A stretch of 56,324 nt of DNA, the filler included, from Platydemus manokwari (lineage: Eukaryota): NCBI GenBank assembly GCA_037951405.1. It is 5 parts of 5 records of this genome, joined end to end, with 100 filler letters (N's around TTAATTAATTAA, not from the genome) between each part and the next. Parts side by side here need not be neighbours in the genome. Positions count along the whole stretch, not along the records: positions 42,440 to 56,324 come from JBBMOY011586965.1; 4 more parts are not named here. One strand, 5' to 3'. Each line of letters opens with the position of its first letter. Within the stretch, counting starts at the first letter, position 1. The position numbers and the translations under genes are program-made. The notes beneath the pieces are model-generated. The model was not told the origin of the DNA. It worked only from the letters and a program-made list of their open reading frames with translations, and did no database searches. Positions 52,101 through 56,324 of the stretch are shown here, in pieces.

Positions 52101-55100
52101 GTTCAAATTGAAGATCAAATGCAAATCGACAAAAATTTGAGTTTTCAAAATATCGTTCAACGACAATCCAGTGTCTATCATATCAAACAGCGATTCTTTA
52201 GCGAAGAGAATTTGAAAAGGTCTGTCTTAAAGATTGGTGACCAGCTATTGAAAACAAAACGCTATAATTTGACGAAGCTAAATCGACAGTTGTGTTTCTT
52301 GGAAAATAAATGGGAAGGAATCGGTGAAAAAATTCGAGATCTGGAAGAATTGTCCATGAATCCCGTATTTCTATCGGAATCAATGGAAATACCGCGTGAT
52401 GAAATCAGATCTTTAGTGAATTCGATTGAAAATTCGATGGATAAATTAATTTTCGTTACAAGAATTCAAACGTTATCCGATATTGAAATGATGGGAGATC
52501 AGTTAAAATTTATCAATTTAAAACTCAATACCATTCAACCGTTGATTGATTTGTATTGTCAAAGAAATGTTGGATTTCAAACTGATATCATTAATGATGA
52601 AGTGACTCATCAATCTAGAGAATTACAGAATGCCATCAATCAATGTTCACAAATTTGTGGAATTATGAGGATTATCAATGAACAAATTCTGAAAATTACC
52701 GATTGGATTTCTGTTGAATCTCACAATTCAGAATTGATTGCAAAAAGTCTCTTCTCAAAAATAAATGTCAAAATTGCTATTACAAAGATGAAGGTTTGAA
52801 TTAAAATATTGTTTAGTATTTTAATATTTTTTTGTTTTATTCAATAAATCTCGTTATAAAAAATATTAAATAACTAATTATTCAATAAACATTGGATTTT
52901 AAAATGACTTTGACAAAGTTTAGATTTCAGAACTTTATTTTATCAGAATAATTCTCTGAGACTTTCCAAAGATTGTCTTAGTAATCACTCTTCATTGGTA
53001 GCTTCTTCTACACATCCCATTTTACCGTTTCAACTACTTCCTCTGAAATTGAGGTACTCGGATATATTTCCTTCATATCTGATAAAGTGCCTCCCCACGA
53101 GTTATCGATTCAGTTAAGAAAAATTATCAATTATTAGGAATCTCAATTAGTAAAGTCCTCGTTATCAGCGTCGATTGACTTTGATATGATGATCCCTGTA
53201 CCATTCCGCTTCGATGTTGGCACCGATTCATTCAGATTGTCTTTATCCTCAAGACTGATTCATTGGTTGATGCTCCCCAAGACCCCAGCACATCTATGAT
53301 AATGGTTTTGTCTAAAGACAAGTTTATACATTATAACGGCATCCTGATTTTTCATTTCTTAATTCCTTTCGTTTTCTTAAATTTCCGTTAATTCGAGAAA
53401 ATATATTCAATTTTGATTCAATCTGATATTTTCAAGCCAACGATATAGTGAGCTTTTAATTTCATTCTCAAATCTCAATATGATGTTGTACTACTTAATA
53501 TTTTTTTTAATTTGTAAGTCATAATATATATTGGAGATTATTAAGTACATATAATTCGTAATGTAATTCAAATTCTGTCCGTGAATATTTCTTATTGATT
53601 TCAACAAAACTATCAGGATCATTTTAGAATTTTTTAAATACCTCATTAAATTCTCTTTACATGTAATAGAAAGTTATTTGAGTACTTCTTTGATTTTAGA
53701 CACTTCAAGAAAAATCTATTCATCAATACGATTGTCTCCAGGAAGCAAAAATTTCATTTCAATCACTTCTATCGTTGAAAACCGTTATCAAGTTAGACAT
53801 GGAATATATTTCTGATTGGTTGAGATCCATAGAAACATCATTATCAAAGGAATGTGAGAAACATTTGAACATTTTATCTACAGCAGAAACATTGAACCAA
53901 TATTGGAAAGAACTGGAAAAATACGAATTGACAATCATGGAAGTTGAAGTTGAAATCGATCATTTTATCGGTGAATCGAAATCACTTATTTTCTGTACAC
54001 TGAATTGTGTCAAAACTCACTACAACAATCTCGAGGAATTGAATGAAAAATTATTTGGTCCAAATGGTGTGTACAATTTGTATGGAGAAAGGATTTCATT
54101 GATGAAGAACGATTTACAGACAAATCTGAAACAATCCATTCGAATCATACCCACTGTTCCAACACCTTCTAAATATGAGATCATTAATAAGATAAAACCT
54201 TACTCTGACCATTTACACAATCTTTTAGTATCTTGGCAACAATTCGAAGACTTAAGTGCTGTGTGTGTGGACGGCTACTTGGTGATGGAAAAATTGATAA
54301 TTGCATGCTATGAACCACAAAATCAATACCAGATCCAATTGATAACTGGCAATCTCAATAAACTCGATATCATGATCAAAGAAATTCAAAATGTATCAGC
54401 CAAACTTGGTGGATTGTTGGAATATTTGACGAAAATACTCGATCCAAACACAGTGATCAAATTGAGAAATCTACAAACCGTTAACAATCATCGATTATAT
54501 CGAATTAAAAAATATCGTGACAGTCTTAAAAATAAACTCTATTGCCATAATAAAGATTTACATTTATTCGATCTGAATTGTCAGAAAATGGAGAAAATCA
54601 TTGCCAGAACTGAAATGACTTTCAATGTTTTGATTTGTTCGAATTATTCCGATTTATCATTTGATAATGAAATGAAAGATTTGTTGAGAGATTTAATCAA
54701 TTCTCGGAGAAATATTAATGAAATCAAATCGATTTCTCATCGATTTCATATGGACCAATCCAGAGAAAGACGATTCGAAATGATTGTCACTCAACGACGA
54801 GACCTTATCAATAAAATCCTTCAAGCTATTCAAGATAAAGATATTGAGAATTCATCGAAAATGGAGTTCCTCAATTTATGCAATTACTGTTTGGATCTCA
54901 TGAAATTTTTGGAGCCTCATTTGCAATATGTCAGTGCAAATAATCTCGATGATGTCATTGATCAACAAATAACTTTTGAGGTGATGTTATTTTTTACATA
55001 TTTAATCTATGACGGAAATTCCTTATCTGTAACAACATAATATTCCCATTGTCTCATTTATTATACTAATGTTTTCATACCTCACTAGTAGTACCCTATA

Positions 55101-56044
55101 CGCGCTTATCAAAATCTGCAGTTTAATTGTTATGAGCGTTTATATTTATCATCGCAGTGGGCTTGTAACTATTTGCAGTAAATGTCAGATAATCATAGAT
55201 ACTGTTGGTATGATTAAAAATCATAATTAACTCGACGTTTCAGAAGAGAAAGGATTAATCATTATAAATGATGCTATATAAATCATTAGCAAAAGAATGA
55301 CATACATATGGTACAATTGGGTGGTAATAATTGGGATTAATTGATTTATTGACTGTTCTTTTTTAATAATATTTTATTTATTACATTTTAAAAATATCTT
55401 TTGTTTAGTTTTTGGATTTGCTTATTCAACCTAAAGAATCGCTATTGTTGGTTCTTGTTGAGAAAGGTAATGTCACTGAAAATCAGAATTGTGAACATTT
55501 CCAATCAAATCTCAATCAATTAAAACAACAATGGAATAATATCACTGATCAAATTAACAAGACGAGACTGTTTCTCGACAAAAATGTGTCGACATATTTG
55601 GAATTTCAAGGAAAATTGGAACTATTTCATTTGTGGTGTGACAATCTATCTGACAGATTAGTCGATTTTGAGTCAGATATTTGGTCGGTCGATGAAATGA
55701 AAAATCTTCAATTCCGTCTCGCTATTTTCATTCAGGAACAAGACGCTCATGTTGCCGTTTATGAAGCTTGCTTGGCAACCGGAGAAAATGTTTATCAAAC
55801 GACAATAGATACGGACACCAAGGCACGAATTCAAGAACATTTACAAGAATTACACGAGAAATGGTGTAATCTTTCCGATAAGATGCAATTAACAAGCAAT
55901 AAACTCAATGATAGATATAATAAATGGTTTCATGTCGATGAGAATATCAAAAATCTCTTTGCCTGGATCCAGGAAATAAGCACATTCACCATGTCAGATA
56001 TTCCATATTTTGAGGGTTTGAATCTCAATTTACAAAAAGCAGAT
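43104..56044 (+). CDS. Giant multi-exon spectrin-repeat protein (nesprin/SYNE-like), internal portion
   Basis: Junctions checked in frame for exons 43104-43237, 43355-44315, 44439-46538, 46594-46716, 46763-46921 and 46974-47158. Further approximate exons at 48418-48557, 48616-48804, 48899-49107, 49608-49903, 49954-50100, 50158-50328, 51499-51718, 51757-52793, 53700-54980 and 55409-56044. Spectrin signatures: F...L..W, LQELHEKWCNL, LKQQWNNI. No CH or KASH domain in the window, so the subfamily is unproven. Confidence 0.82.
50355..50567 (+). mobile_element. Tc1/mariner-derived MITE (213 bp) in an intron
   Basis: About 29-bp TIRs: CTGGGTGGCTCAAAAGTAGGTTTACAGTT versus reverse complement CCGGGTGGCCCAAAATTAGGTTTACAGTT; TA on both sides; internal RFEEYCNVEGGY resembles a transposase C-terminus. 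Confidence 0.9.
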
Positions 56045-56324
56045 GTAAGAAATTGTTTTATGTTTCTCTAAATATTTTTTGTTAATATTTTATTTCCAAA
56101 CATTATAAAATAATCACATATAATATAATTAACGATATGACCTGTAAGGATTTTAAGTTTTACGTTTATGTTTGTTTTCAATTCCTGTTTTTTAATAATA
56201 TCAGCTATCAATAATGTCAATAATAATAGTAATAATAATAATAATAATAATGTTATTAGGTGTATTAGTATGATTCCGGCTTTTACAAAAATGAGTTAAA
56301 ATTTGTATTTCAATGAATAAATTT

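Noticed and set aside
1-56324. CRISPR arrays, tRNA or rRNA genes, prokaryotic operons
   Set aside because: None seen; the sequence is intron-containing eukaryotic DNA.

Overview
AT-rich eukaryotic (metazoan) genomic DNA with many very short (42-55 nt) GT-AG introns; a planarian-like host is plausible, but that is inference. The window is not one locus: it is five pieces (1-9537, 9638-18910, 19011-31600, 31701-42339, 42440-56324) joined by identical artificial 100-nt spacers (44 N + TTAATTAATTAA + 44 N). Host genes: a complete four-exon TDP-43/TARDBP orthologue, the 5' half of an MKK3/6 kinase head-to-head with an uncharacterised four-exon gene, a secreted PAN/apple-domain gene, a decayed kinase cluster, and part of a giant spectrin-repeat (nesprin-like) gene. 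Mobile DNA: three decayed Ty3/Gypsy elements, an internally deleted NeSL/R5-type RLE retroelement, a Tc1/mariner MITE and other relics. Three observations stand out. (1) A decayed chuvirus-like glycoprotein sits directly upstream of, and co-oriented with, the protease-RT of a Gypsy element (apparent G-PR-RT order). (2) An intact-looking type III hammerhead ribozyme lies in a ~390-bp dispersed repeat whose second copy has lost the catalytic core. (3) A consensus splice donor sits 2 nt after the TDP-43 stop codon and is followed by a UG-rich tract, resembling vertebrate TARDBP autoregulation. All family calls come from reading motifs by eye; no database search was run.
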